This document shows, piece by piece, positions 1 through 8,758 of a stretch of DNA of 32,000 bases. Source of the stretch: Candidatus Kuenenia stuttgartensis (lineage in GTDB: Bacteria > Planctomycetota > Brocadiia > Brocadiales > Brocadiaceae); assembly GCF_900232105.1 (NCBI RefSeq), contig NZ_LT934425.1:3630001-3662000 (forward strand). Direction: 5' to 3'. The notes under the pieces were generated by a model. The model was not told where the DNA came from, did no database searches, and saw nothing but the letters and a program-made list of their open reading frames with translations. How positions within the stretch are numbered: position 1 is the first letter of the stretch; every line of letters starts with the position of its first letter. The translations under genes and the position numbers were made by a program.

Positions 1-1935
1 AAGCAAACAGATTTTACGCCTTTTAGAAAACCCATTTCGCTTTCAACTACCACGGAAAAAGTAGAAAAAAAATCGTGGGAATATGAAGTGATGCCGGAGA
101 AGGAGGTTTTAGGAGGAAAGAAAGAGGGAGTACCGGATGAAATTATATATCCTTCTGAGTACAGAAGGCCTGAACCGGCGCTCTATAAACCAGCGTATAC
201 CGGGGAAAAAATTGATATTGCACTCAACTTTGATGATGCAGAAATCAAGGATGTGGTACAGGTAATATTGGGGGAAATTTTAAATGTGAATTATGTGTTG
301 GATAAAAGAGTTGGGGGAAAAGTAAACCTTCATGCCAGCGGAGAAGTCTATAAAGAAGAATTGATCTCTATGCTTAATTCACTCCTTTATGTGTATAATT
401 TTACGATACTGAAAGACGGGAATCTATACAATGTGCTGCCGCAGGCGGAAGCCAGACGGGAAACAAGTATCATTATACACGGAGATAAAATTCCCGAATG
501 GAGTAAAGATATTATTATTCAAATTGTGCCATTGAAATATGCCGACCCGAAAAAATTGAGTTCAACCGTGAAGCAATTCATGTCTAGTATTGGAAATATT
601 GTTACCCACGAAGACTTTCCCTATTTAATGATTATCGATAATGCCTCTGTAATGGAAAAACTGCTTACCATAATAAAAATATTTGATGTGCCTTTTTTAG
701 CAGGGAAAGCCATGAGATTTTATGAGTTTAAATATGTTGATGCACGGAATATGTCGAAGGATCTTGGGAGTTTGGCAAAATCTTTAGGGGCAAAGGTCGG
801 AGGGGACGGGGAATTTGATTTTGTGCCATTCTCAGATACAAATAAATTGATAGTGATTACGAAACTCCCGGAACTCTTGCCTAAAATAGACATGTGGATA
901 AAAAATATCGATGTTCCTCCCACGCAGTTAGACGAGGAAATGAGAGTGTATATATATAAAGTTCAGCACCAGAAAGCAGAGACAATTGTGCCGATTATCA
1001 CTCAGATGTATAGCGAAAAGATGGCGGCGCAGCCGAAGAAGCTTGGAAGAGATATAGTAGAATCAATGAAGGTGCTTGCGGACACTGAAACCAATTCGGT
1101 CATTATGAAGACCTTTCCCAGTGATTACAAGAGCATTAAAGCTATTATAGAAGCAATTGATGCAACCCCGCAACAGGTGTTTATAGAAGTATTGATTGTA
1201 GAAGTCACTCGTAACGATACATTAGACTACGGAACGGAGTGGTTGTGGTCGGGAAGTAATTTGCAAGTATATGGGGTAGGTGATATTGCAAGGGCTGCCG
1301 GTAATGCAGCGGTGCAGTTTACCAACACATTTGCGAAAGGGAGCTTTGAAATTCTTATTGATATTCTCGCCACAAGTTCTAATGCAAAAATACTTTCTGC
1401 GCCGCATATATTAGTACGGGACGAACAACCGGCAAGTATTCAGGTGGGAGAAGAGGTGCCGATTCTTACCAGTTCCGGCCAACAGACGGGCACTACGATT
1501 ACTTTTGAACAGGTACAGTATCGTGATACTGGTATTATCCTTACCGTTACACCACATATTGCCGAAAATGGCCTTATTACACTGGAGGTAAATCAGGAAG
1601 TAAGCAATGCTAAACTAACAGACACAGGCGTTGAGAAATCCCCGACGTTTTCCACTCGTCAGGTGCAAACTTCGCTGGTGATAAAAAGCGGCCATACGAT
1701 AGGTCTTGGTGGTATTATTGAACAAAAAAATGAGAAAGAGGTGAAAAAAATCCCTCTTTTGGGTGATATTCCCTATCTGGGAAATTTGTTTAAGGCGACA
1801 TCGCTTATTGATAAGAGGACTGAGTTAATAATGTTAATTACACCATATATTGCAAATAACGCAGAAGATGCCGATTCGTTAACGCAGGCATTCGAGAAAA
1901 AATTGCAGGAAATTGATTTTCTGGTAAACCAGTAG
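1..1935 (+). CDS. gspD: Secretin, GspD/PilQ-family outer-membrane channel (probably 5'-partial at window edge)
   Basis: ORF 88..1935. It carries a C-terminal secretin signature (LSAPHILVRDEQPASIQVGEEVPILT, IPLLGDIPYLGNLFK, TELIMLITPYI) and an N0-like segment (IDIALNFDDAEIKDVVQVILGEILNVNYVLD). The frame is open from base 1 to 88 and no signal peptide follows the GTG/ATG at 88/91, so the true start is likely upstream of the window. Confidence 0.9.
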   Translation, partial: KQTDFTPFRKPISLSTTTEKVEKKSWEYEVMPEKEVLGGKKEGVPDEIIYPSEYRRPEPALYKPAYTGEKIDIALNFDDAEIKDVVQVILGEILNVNYVLDKRVGGKVNLHASGEVYKEELISMLNSLLYVYNFTILKDGNLYNVLPQAEARRETSIIIHGDKIPEWSKDIIIQIVPLKYADPKKLSSTVKQFMSSIGNIVTHEDFPYLMIIDNASVMEKLLTIIKIFDVPFLAGKAMRFYEFKYVDARNMSKDLGSLAKSLGAKVGGDGEFDFVPFSDTNKLIVITKLPELLPKIDMWIKNIDVPPTQLDEEMRVYIYKVQHQKAETIVPIITQMYSEKMAAQPKKLGRDIVESMKVLADTETNSVIMKTFPSDYKSIKAIIEAIDATPQQVFIEVLIVEVTRNDTLDYGTEWLWSGSNLQVYGVGDIARAAGNAAVQFTNTFAKGSFEILIDILATSSNAKILSAPHILVRDEQPASIQVGEEVPILTSSGQQTGTTITFEQVQYRDTGIILTVTPHIAENGLITLEVNQEVSNAKLTDTGVEKSPTFSTRQVQTSLVIKSGHTIGLGGIIEQKNEKEVKKIPLLGDIPYLGNLFKATSLIDKRTELIMLITPYIANNAEDADSLTQAFEKKLQEIDFLVNQ

Positions 1936-1944
1936 GCAGGTGAG

Positions 1945-2415
1945 GTGATGAAATTCATTTTGTCTCAAAAAAGAAAAGGATTTACCCTGCTTGAGGTTAT
2001 GGTTGCGATGGCAATTATCGGCGTTTCCATTGGTATTTTTTTCAGCATGGTGGGTAATTCTTCCAGAATTAGAGGGAAAATCGACGATCATACAAATTCG
2101 TTGTTGCTGGCAAGGACAAAAGCAGAAGAATCCTTTTTGGGAATACTTGATGGGATATACACCAGGCTGGATGAAAAAACAATATATGAGGGGGTTACCG
2201 AAAAGGGTGTTAAATGGAAAATCATGGAAATTGATAAATATAAAGAAGCACGTATGAGAGTTATGATGGGGGAGGAGGATGAGGAGCGAGAATTACCCCC
2301 GGAAGGTTATATGGCATTAAATACGCAAGTAGAGGGGATAACGATTGATACGGTAACATTTATCGAACAGAAGAGAAATGATACTATAAAGAAAAAGAAG
2401 AAGGGGAATGAATAG
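1945..2415 (+). CDS. Minor pseudopilin (GspH/I-like) with prepilin-type N-terminal cleavage/methylation motif
   Basis: N-terminus MKFILSQKRKGFTLLEVMVAMAIIGVSIGIFF has the G-F-T-L-x-E motif plus a hydrophobic helix. The gene starts 10-13 nt after the secretin stop (GTG 1945 or ATG 1948). Confidence 0.8.
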   Translation: MMKFILSQKRKGFTLLEVMVAMAIIGVSIGIFFSMVGNSSRIRGKIDDHTNSLLLARTKAEESFLGILDGIYTRLDEKTIYEGVTEKGVKWKIMEIDKYKEARMRVMMGEEDEERELPPEGYMALNTQVEGITIDTVTFIEQKRNDTIKKKKKGNE

Positions 2416-3211
2416 TAATTATTGTAGCGTATATGATGATGCGGTTGGCATACATGACAAAAAAGGCTTCACCTTATTCGAGTTACTAATAGCGCTTTTT
2501 GTTGGTATGGTGCTTGTTATGTCAGGGGTGTATGCGATCAGAATTGGCTTGTTTTCTATGGAAAAAGAGGGCGTTTGGTTCAGTGATTCCACAAGGGAAA
2601 AAGCGGCCTTTGATTTCCTTTGGCAGCAAGCGTCTGCCCTGTATAATCAAAAACTCCCGAAAGAAAACAGACTTCTAAATGATAATGTGAAAAAAAAGAA
2701 GGATAAAATGTTTGTTGGTGAAGAAGATTTTCTTGCTTTTGTCTCGCCGCTTTCTTTAAAAAAACATTATTCACAGGGATTGGTAATTGCAAATTATAAG
2801 GTGAAAATGAATGATGAGGGCAGGTTGGATTTGATTTATGTTGAAACACGATTGAATCCAAAATTGTTAATGGATTTGGCGGAAGGATTTAAAACGAATT
2901 TTCGTATGGAATCTAACGCCGTTTTGTATGAAGAGTATACGGTATTTTTTAATGACTGTACATCCGTTGCATTTGAATATTTAGTATCTGATGAGGACGC
3001 AATGGACGATGACGTGGATATTGCAGGAGGGGAAGTGTCTCCTTCTCAACAGAGTGATAATAGTAAAGAAGGCGTGAAAGCAGTATGGAAGGGAAAAATT
3101 ATAGGGAAAATCCCGAAGGCAATAAAACTAACGGTAACAAAAAATGGGGAAGAACAAACGCTTATAACTCCAATTATGGCTATGTACTCGTTTTTAGCCT
3201 ATGGACAATAG
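2408..3211 (+). CDS. Pseudopilin (GspJ-like) with prepilin-type N-terminus
   Basis: KKGFTLFELLIALFVGMVLVMSG lies near the N-terminus. There is an 8-nt overlap with the upstream stop, which suggests translational coupling. Confidence 0.7.
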   Translation: MNSNYCSVYDDAVGIHDKKGFTLFELLIALFVGMVLVMSGVYAIRIGLFSMEKEGVWFSDSTREKAAFDFLWQQASALYNQKLPKENRLLNDNVKKKKDKMFVGEEDFLAFVSPLSLKKHYSQGLVIANYKVKMNDEGRLDLIYVETRLNPKLLMDLAEGFKTNFRMESNAVLYEEYTVFFNDCTSVAFEYLVSDEDAMDDDVDIAGGEVSPSQQSDNSKEGVKAVWKGKIIGKIPKAIKLTVTKNGEEQTLITPIMAMYSFLAYGQ

Positions 3212-4137
3212 TAGTTATAGGATTTATCGCATTAAGTTTTACCCGCAATACCGGTATTGCGATAAAAACCGAATTGGCGTTTACTGAGCGTATAAAAAAT
3301 GTTTATGCTGCCAGAGGGGCATGTATTTATGCGATAAAAATGCTATTGCTCCCGGAAAAACAGGTTAAAAAAACAGAGGATAATAAAAAAAAGCCGCGCG
3401 GGAAAGAGAAGAAGGGACAAAGTGTACGCCAATGGGTACCAAGCAATAAACCGTATTCTGTATTGATAGGGGATAGGAATTGTGATGTGCATATTTACGA
3501 TGAAAGCGGCAAAATAAACATAAATAAGATTACTGATGAGACGAAACAGGGTTTTATTAAATTCCTTTTAGCCCTGAAGATCGAAGAACATGCAGCAGAA
3601 ATTATAACGGATTCTATTTTGGATTGGGTGGATGAGGATGATTTGCACCATGTAAATGGAGCGGAAAAAAATTACTACAGCTCATTACCTGAACCTTACG
3701 AACCGAAAAATGGGGCATTTGAGATAATTGAAGAGTTAACATTAGTAAAGGGCGTTACCCCGCAAGTATTTGAATTATTACGGGAGCATGTAACCATCTA
3801 TGGAGCCGGCAAAATTAATGTTAATTTTGCTTCTAAGGAAGTGTTGCTTTCCGTGCCCGACATTTCACCGGAAATAGTTGATGCGATTATTCAATATAGA
3901 GATGAAAACGGGAAAATAGAAAAATTCGGAGATTTAAAGGAATTATTCAGAGGGTATGGGGTCATAGGCAAATCCTTTCAGGAAGTGACGAAATATTTAA
4001 CCGTGTACGATTCAAGTTTTTTGACAATTAATGCTCTTTCGCACCCTGAAAAATCAGAAAACTCTTATGGCTCTTACAAGATGATTGTGCGGAAAGGCAG
4101 CGGTGATTTTACTATTATTGCGGTATATCCTGATTAA
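3085..4137 (+). CDS. gspK: GspK-like type II secretion minor pseudopilin
   Basis: Has an N-terminal TM helix (GYVLVFSLWTIVVIGFIALSF) and a GspK-like core (NYYSSLPEPYEPKNGAFEIIEELTLVKGVTPQVFELLREHVTIYG, INVNFASKEVLLSVPDISPEIVDAII). The only canonical start before the TM helix is ATG 3085, which gives a 127-nt overlap with the upstream gene. Confidence 0.75.
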   Translation: MEGKNYRENPEGNKTNGNKKWGRTNAYNSNYGYVLVFSLWTIVVIGFIALSFTRNTGIAIKTELAFTERIKNVYAARGACIYAIKMLLLPEKQVKKTEDNKKKPRGKEKKGQSVRQWVPSNKPYSVLIGDRNCDVHIYDESGKININKITDETKQGFIKFLLALKIEEHAAEIITDSILDWVDEDDLHHVNGAEKNYYSSLPEPYEPKNGAFEIIEELTLVKGVTPQVFELLREHVTIYGAGKINVNFASKEVLLSVPDISPEIVDAIIQYRDENGKIEKFGDLKELFRGYGVIGKSFQEVTKYLTVYDSSFLTINALSHPEKSENSYGSYKMIVRKGSGDFTIIAVYPD

Positions 4138-4349
4138 TAAGTGTCTGGCGAAGCCTCCGACCGATAAAAAGATATTTAAACCACAGATATAGGGTGGATT
4201 AAGCGATTGCGAATCCACCTTTCCTGTAAACACTATTGGTGGATTTTTGGTATATAAAAATTTTAAAATTGTAGAACGAAGCGCCTGCTTCGTTATGAGC
4301 GAAGTTGCACTTCGCCCTACATTCAGAAAATCGCCTAAGGACTAATGCT

Positions 4350-5618
4350 ATGAGTAGGATTCCGTTTGTTGGTGTCTTTTCCCCCAGTGGCACTGGTTTA
4401 TCTTTGCACGGGGATGATCTTGTTATTACGTTTGTTTCCAGGAAACTAATCAAATTATCGTATGAAACGTTTGTAGTAAAAGATTTTTTAATTAAAGATA
4501 GCCAGCAATTAAAACCCATTTTAGTGCAACAAAAGAAATTTGCCGGAGAGATAATCCTCTCCGTGCCCAGAGAATTATGTATTATCAGAGAAATAGAATT
4601 TCCCTATGCAAATATTAAAGAATTACGGGAAGCGTTATCATATCAGTTAGATAGTTTTATTCCTTTTAATAACGAAGATGTTTATTTTGATATTCACTTG
4701 CTTTCCCGCAACCGGCACAATTCAAAGGTACTCATTGTTGCGGTAAAAAAAGAGGCATTGGATGATATATTGTTGCGTTTGAAAGCTCTCGAAATAATGC
4801 CATCTCGGGTTATTATCACACCCTTCGCATTTATTCCTCTCATAGCAGACAAACGAGGCGCTGTTGCCGTTGTTAATAAAAATAAAAAGGATTACTGCTA
4901 CAGCCTGTATGAAAATAGTTTCCTGAGGTCATCGTCGATTGTGAAGAATCTGGATGAGTTGACAAAACAGGTAAAGGCGAATGCTCCCGGAGCAGTTTTT
5001 TATATAAATAACGGTGATACAATTTTGCCGGAAGACTATTCTGTTCAAACAAAACGGATGGATGAGAATGCAGAATCATATGGCGCAGCGCTTTATGGCG
5101 TTTCTGGTTATCCGTGTAATATAAGCTTAATTAAGTTAAAGAGAAAACAACGCAATCCTCAAATATCGGCAATGTGTTTTTTGACAGGCTTCTTAATATT
5201 GTTTATTTTTTTGATACCCTATATTCAGAAAATGAATAACCTTACAAGAATAAAAACCGTGGATTCAATAATTAAATCATTAAAAAAAGAGATAAAGATT
5301 GTTGAAAATACAAAAGAGAGGATGGAGTTGTTGGAGAATACGGTGATTAATGTTGACAAAATCAGCGAAAAATACATTCCAAGAATTGATATTATCCTGG
5401 AATTAGCGAGAATTTTGCCGAACGACGCCTGGGCTAAAACCATTAAAATAGATAATAATCTGTTTGAGATAGAGGGTGATGCGGTATCTTCCACCCATTT
5501 AATACCCATTCTGGAAAATTCACCTCTTTTATCAGCGATTGGTTTAGCATCTCCTGTTACCAAAACGCAGAGCGGGAGGGAGAAATTCCGGATAAAGGGT
5601 AAGGTTGAAAGGCAGTAG
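4350..5618 (+). CDS. GspL / PilM-PilN-like inner-membrane assembly protein (cytoplasmic domain + 1 TM + periplasmic PilN-like domain)
   Basis: Start moved to ATG 4350 (MSRIPFVGVF...) because the track start at 4305 lies inside intergenic hairpins. The central TM helix is ISAMCFLTGFLILFIFLIPYI. The C-terminal part (LPNDAWAKTIKIDNNLFEIEGDAVSSTHLIPILENSP) resembles PilN/GspL periplasmic domains. Position after gspK supports the call. Confidence 0.6.
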   Translation: MSRIPFVGVFSPSGTGLSLHGDDLVITFVSRKLIKLSYETFVVKDFLIKDSQQLKPILVQQKKFAGEIILSVPRELCIIREIEFPYANIKELREALSYQLDSFIPFNNEDVYFDIHLLSRNRHNSKVLIVAVKKEALDDILLRLKALEIMPSRVIITPFAFIPLIADKRGAVAVVNKNKKDYCYSLYENSFLRSSSIVKNLDELTKQVKANAPGAVFYINNGDTILPEDYSVQTKRMDENAESYGAALYGVSGYPCNISLIKLKRKQRNPQISAMCFLTGFLILFIFLIPYIQKMNNLTRIKTVDSIIKSLKKEIKIVENTKERMELLENTVINVDKISEKYIPRIDIILELARILPNDAWAKTIKIDNNLFEIEGDAVSSTHLIPILENSPLLSAIGLASPVTKTQSGREKFRIKGKVERQ

Positions 5619-6223
5619 TGATGGAAAAACTGATTGCTGTATTGAGAAGATTTAAAGTACGAGAAAGAGTTCTGCTGATTGGTGCAATACTCGTTCTCTT
5701 TTATATTGTCATCGATAGGGCAATAATTACCCCCTTCTTTACATCGATCAATGAAACGAAGCAGAGTTTAGAAACGAAAGAAAAACTGCTGGAGAAGAGT
5801 TACTCGTTTATTGCAAATAAAAAACGATACGAAGAACGATTGAGTGAGTTGGAACAATATTATGAAAAAATGAAGAAGAAGTTTTTTTATGAGGAGACGG
5901 AAGAACTTGCATCTGCAAAATTGCAGGAGATAGTAAATAATATTGCGAAAAAAAACGGTTTGGTGGTATCGAGAAGCACTGCACTAAAGAGAAATATCAT
6001 CAATAAGAATCCGTATCTCATAGCATTATCAATTAATATTGAAATAAGCGATATCGCAAGTACGGAAGAATTGCGGAATTTTCTCTATGATATCGAATAT
6101 GATAACGACAAAACACTTTTTATTGACAATCTCAGAATTAAAGTATTAGGTGTTACGGCAGTGAAGGGTGCGGTTCTTAACTCGACCTTAACAGCGGTTG
6201 CCTTTATAGAAAAGAAATCATAG
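5618..6223 (+). CDS. GspM/PilO-like single-TM coiled-coil assembly protein
   Basis: Overlaps the upstream stop (TAGTGATG; ATG at 5621). It has an N-terminal TM helix (VLLIGAILVLFYIVIDRAII) followed by a coiled-coil-like charged region. The call rests on architecture and synteny only. Confidence 0.5.
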   Translation: MMEKLIAVLRRFKVRERVLLIGAILVLFYIVIDRAIITPFFTSINETKQSLETKEKLLEKSYSFIANKKRYEERLSELEQYYEKMKKKFFYEETEELASAKLQEIVNNIAKKNGLVVSRSTALKRNIINKNPYLIALSINIEISDIASTEELRNFLYDIEYDNDKTLFIDNLRIKVLGVTAVKGAVLNSTLTAVAFIEKKS

Positions 6224-6399
6224 AATAGCATAGACTGCACCGAACAAATCCAGTAATTTCTTTGCACACTTCCATTCGTCAGTGCGTGCTTTTTGGCAAA
6301 ATATTTAATGCTTGCTTCTGCAGTCGGCAATCGGCTGTTGACCAATGACTAATGAATGACAGTTACAGTATAATCGCCTCATAATAAACGCTAATTTTC

Positions 6400-6427
6400 T
6401 TGACAATTCAACTTGTCAAACTAAAAT
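6400..6427 (+). promoter_or_regulatory. Sigma70-type promoter candidate (TTGACA-16 nt-TAAAAT) with palindrome over the -35
   Basis: TTGACA at 6400-6405 and TAAAAT at 6422-6427, about 55 nt upstream of the TPR gene ATG. TTGACAA (6400-6406) and TTGTCAA (6413-6419) form an inverted repeat. Confidence 0.4.
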
Positions 6428-6482
6428 GCCATAAGAACGGCGGCATTATTAATTATTTGAAAAGGAATTCGGGGAAAATAAC

Positions 6483-7517
6483 ATGAAAAAAACAAATTGC
6501 CATTTTGAATTTCTTTCGTGGTTAAAACCAATCTTCAGTTCTGCGTTTTTTTTTGCCTGTTGTTTTGTCTTGGTCAATGCGGGCTGCGGGAAAAAAGAAA
6601 GCCCTTTAACGGAAATAATTGAAATAGAACGAATAGAACCAGTTGCAGTAACGCCAGTTCCTTACGCGGTTACAATGGACACAAGGCCTCCTTTGGACAT
6701 AAATGCCATTGCAGGCGTTCAAGCGCCGGAAACAACAGAAAAATCAATTCCTCCAGAAAAGCAACAAGCCGAACAACCTATTCAGGGAAAACCACTCACG
6801 GCAAATGATTATTACAACAAAGGATGTGAACTCTTTCAGCAGGGGTGGATAAACGAATCGACAGAAGCATTTAGTCTGGCGGTCAGTTTAGATCCGACGA
6901 TGAAAGAAGCATTCAGGATGCTTGCTTTATCATATACTAAATCGGGCAAAGCAAACGAAGCGATTGCAAACTTCAAAAAAGTGATAGAATTAGATCCTCG
7001 CGACGCAAAAGCACTCCTTGAACTTGGAACTCTTTACTACAAGAACCGCATGGCCGATGACGCCATTGCTACCTTTGAAAAATATGTCTCGCTTGATCAA
7101 GGCAATGCCAATGTTTACTATAATATGGGATGTATTTATGGAGAAAAAAACAGGTTTGACAAAGCAGTAAAAGCATACCTTATGGCATTAACCATTAATC
7201 CGAATCATGTCCCAACGTATTACAATATCGGCGTAGCATATAATATGATGGAGAGATTTGATGAAGCCATTGAAGCGTTTAAAAAAGTTTTAAACCTTGA
7301 CCCTGAAAATCATGATGCGCTGTACAATCTTGGATTTGCATATAATAAAAGTGGATTATACGGTGAATCTTTAGAAATTTGCAAAAGACTGACGGAATTA
7401 AACCCTGCAAACACCAATGTGCGCTTGTTGATGGGAGATTCATATAATAAACTCGGCAAACACGAAGAGGCGAAAAGAGAATTTGATATTTACAAAGAAC
7501 TTGTATTTAAGAAATGA
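6483..7517 (+). CDS. TPR-repeat protein, probable secreted lipoprotein (PilF/PilW-like by context)
   Basis: Signal peptide with VNAGC (possible lipobox), then 6 or more TPR units (e.g. AKALLELGTLYYKNRMADDAIATFEKYVSLDQGN, ANVYYNMGCIYGEKNRFDKAVKAY, YYNIGVAYNMMERFDEAIEAFKKVLNLDPEN). Confidence 0.8.
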   Translation: MKKTNCHFEFLSWLKPIFSSAFFFACCFVLVNAGCGKKESPLTEIIEIERIEPVAVTPVPYAVTMDTRPPLDINAIAGVQAPETTEKSIPPEKQQAEQPIQGKPLTANDYYNKGCELFQQGWINESTEAFSLAVSLDPTMKEAFRMLALSYTKSGKANEAIANFKKVIELDPRDAKALLELGTLYYKNRMADDAIATFEKYVSLDQGNANVYYNMGCIYGEKNRFDKAVKAYLMALTINPNHVPTYYNIGVAYNMMERFDEAIEAFKKVLNLDPENHDALYNLGFAYNKSGLYGESLEICKRLTELNPANTNVRLLMGDSYNKLGKHEEAKREFDIYKELVFKK

Positions 7518-7524
7518 AATTATT

Positions 7525-7676
7525 TGTAACACTTTAGTTTTTTGAAAAATTCTAATAATAGCGATGTTTACCGCATAGTGTAGTGGCGAAGCATTTGCCC
7601 GTTTGGGTATGAATGCTTTTATGACAATTTGCAGCAAATACTTCGCCCCTAATTTTTCAAAAAACTAAAGTGTTAC
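7525..7676. mobile_element. MITE-like palindromic element, family A, copy A1
   Basis: Outer inverted repeats are TGTAACACTTTAGTTTTTTGAAAAA and TTTTCAAAAAACTAAAGTGTTAC. An inner hairpin is GGCGAAGCATTTGC...GCAAATACTTCGCC. The element is flanked by AATTATT / GATTATT (6/7 direct duplication) and starts 8 nt after the TPR gene stop. Confidence 0.75.
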
Positions 7677-7767
7677 GATTATTTTGCTTATTACCACGCG
7701 TTGCGTCCTGATTGTGGATTATTTATTTTTATCCCCATTTGTGACTAAAGTTTATGGATGTTTCATT

Positions 7768-8058
7768 ATGAAAAAAGTTTTGATTTTAATGTGCTTTTTT
7801 CTGCTAACGGGCAGTTTGTTTTCCGGCAGTTTCATTTACGCCCAAACAACACAGGGAAGTAATCAAACAGAGGAAGCCAAACAACCGCAACAATTTCAAA
7901 CTTCCTCTCCCCTCCCGGAAATAACGCCATATCCACGGTCAAAACTAGAGATTATTCAATACATATTGCTGCCATTCGCCATTGGCGCATCGATCTGGCT
8001 CATCTTGCGGTTAGATAAACAGGAACAGAAAGAAAAAAACGAAAAGGAGGAAAACTAG
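7768..8058 (+). CDS. Small secreted/membrane protein of unknown function (signal peptide, Q/P-rich segment, C-terminal TM, KE-rich tail)
   Basis: Start moved to ATG 7768 (MKKVLILMCFFLLTGSLFSGSFIYAQ). The track start 7684 lies next to the MITE. The stop is 3 nt before the next gene. Confidence 0.5.
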   Translation: MKKVLILMCFFLLTGSLFSGSFIYAQTTQGSNQTEEAKQPQQFQTSSPLPEITPYPRSKLEIIQYILLPFAIGASIWLILRLDKQEQKEKNEKEEN

Positions 8059-8061
8059 TTT

Positions 8062-8745
8062 ATGTGTGAAAAAAGAACCAAACTACTCTCTCTCATTGCT
8101 ATTTTGGGAATAGTGTTTTTTTGCCGTGAAATGCACGCCCAATATACCATACAACTTGAGCGTCCCGGCAAACTGTTCAGTCCTGCAAAAATCCCGCTGC
8201 TTGAGAATCCGGAACGTGATGTCTGGCAAAAACCGGAATTACTGCTGGATGCGCTGGAAATCAAAAAAGGGAGCGTTGTTGCTGACATTGGAGCCGGTTC
8301 CGGATACCTTGTTATGAGACTCTTAAAACGTACCGGACCAACCGGGACTGTTTATGCCGTCGATATACAACAAGAAATGCTTGATTACATTAAAAACAGA
8401 TTAAATGCGGAAGATGAAAAAACAGTTCGTCTCGTGCTGGGCGGCATGGACGACCCCTTATTGCCTGCAAATAGTATTGACACGGCAATCTTGCTAAGCA
8501 TATACCATGAAATAGCGCATCCTGTCGATTTCATGAAGAAAGTGAAAGCATCACTGAAACCCGAAGGCCGGCTAGCAATTATAGAATTTAGCAAAGAGAG
8601 TCCCATTGGCCCACCGATCAATATCCGCTTGCCGGAAGAATTGGTTATCAACGAATTAAAACAGGCGGGGTTTACATTACAAAAGAAATATGACCTACTC
8701 CTTCCTTACCAGTATTTTCTGGTGTTTAGCCCAGAGGCATTATAG
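8062..8745 (+). CDS. Class I SAM-dependent methyltransferase with N-terminal signal/anchor sequence
   Basis: Motif I is VADIGAGSGYL. Later motifs are VYAVDIQ and LKPEGRLAIIEF. The N-terminus is hydrophobic (LLSLIAILGIVFFC). Confidence 0.8.
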   Translation: MCEKRTKLLSLIAILGIVFFCREMHAQYTIQLERPGKLFSPAKIPLLENPERDVWQKPELLLDALEIKKGSVVADIGAGSGYLVMRLLKRTGPTGTVYAVDIQQEMLDYIKNRLNAEDEKTVRLVLGGMDDPLLPANSIDTAILLSIYHEIAHPVDFMKKVKASLKPEGRLAIIEFSKESPIGPPINIRLPEELVINELKQAGFTLQKKYDLLLPYQYFLVFSPEAL

Positions 8746-8758
8746 TCAACCTGTCCCT

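Noticed and set aside
1991-2861. Alternative-frame ORFs 1991..2257 (+), 1879..2091 (-) and 2580..2861 (-) within the pseudopilin genes
   Set aside because: They overlap better-supported genes that have prepilin motifs, and they have no features of their own.
4305-4349. N-terminal extensions offered by the ORF track (4305, 7684, 12241, 24248, 22011, 31246, 31853)
   Set aside because: In each case the extension runs through hairpins, repeats or a terminator and lacks an RBS. An internal ATG, by contrast, gives a proper signal peptide, Tat motif, RBS or family-typical N-terminus.
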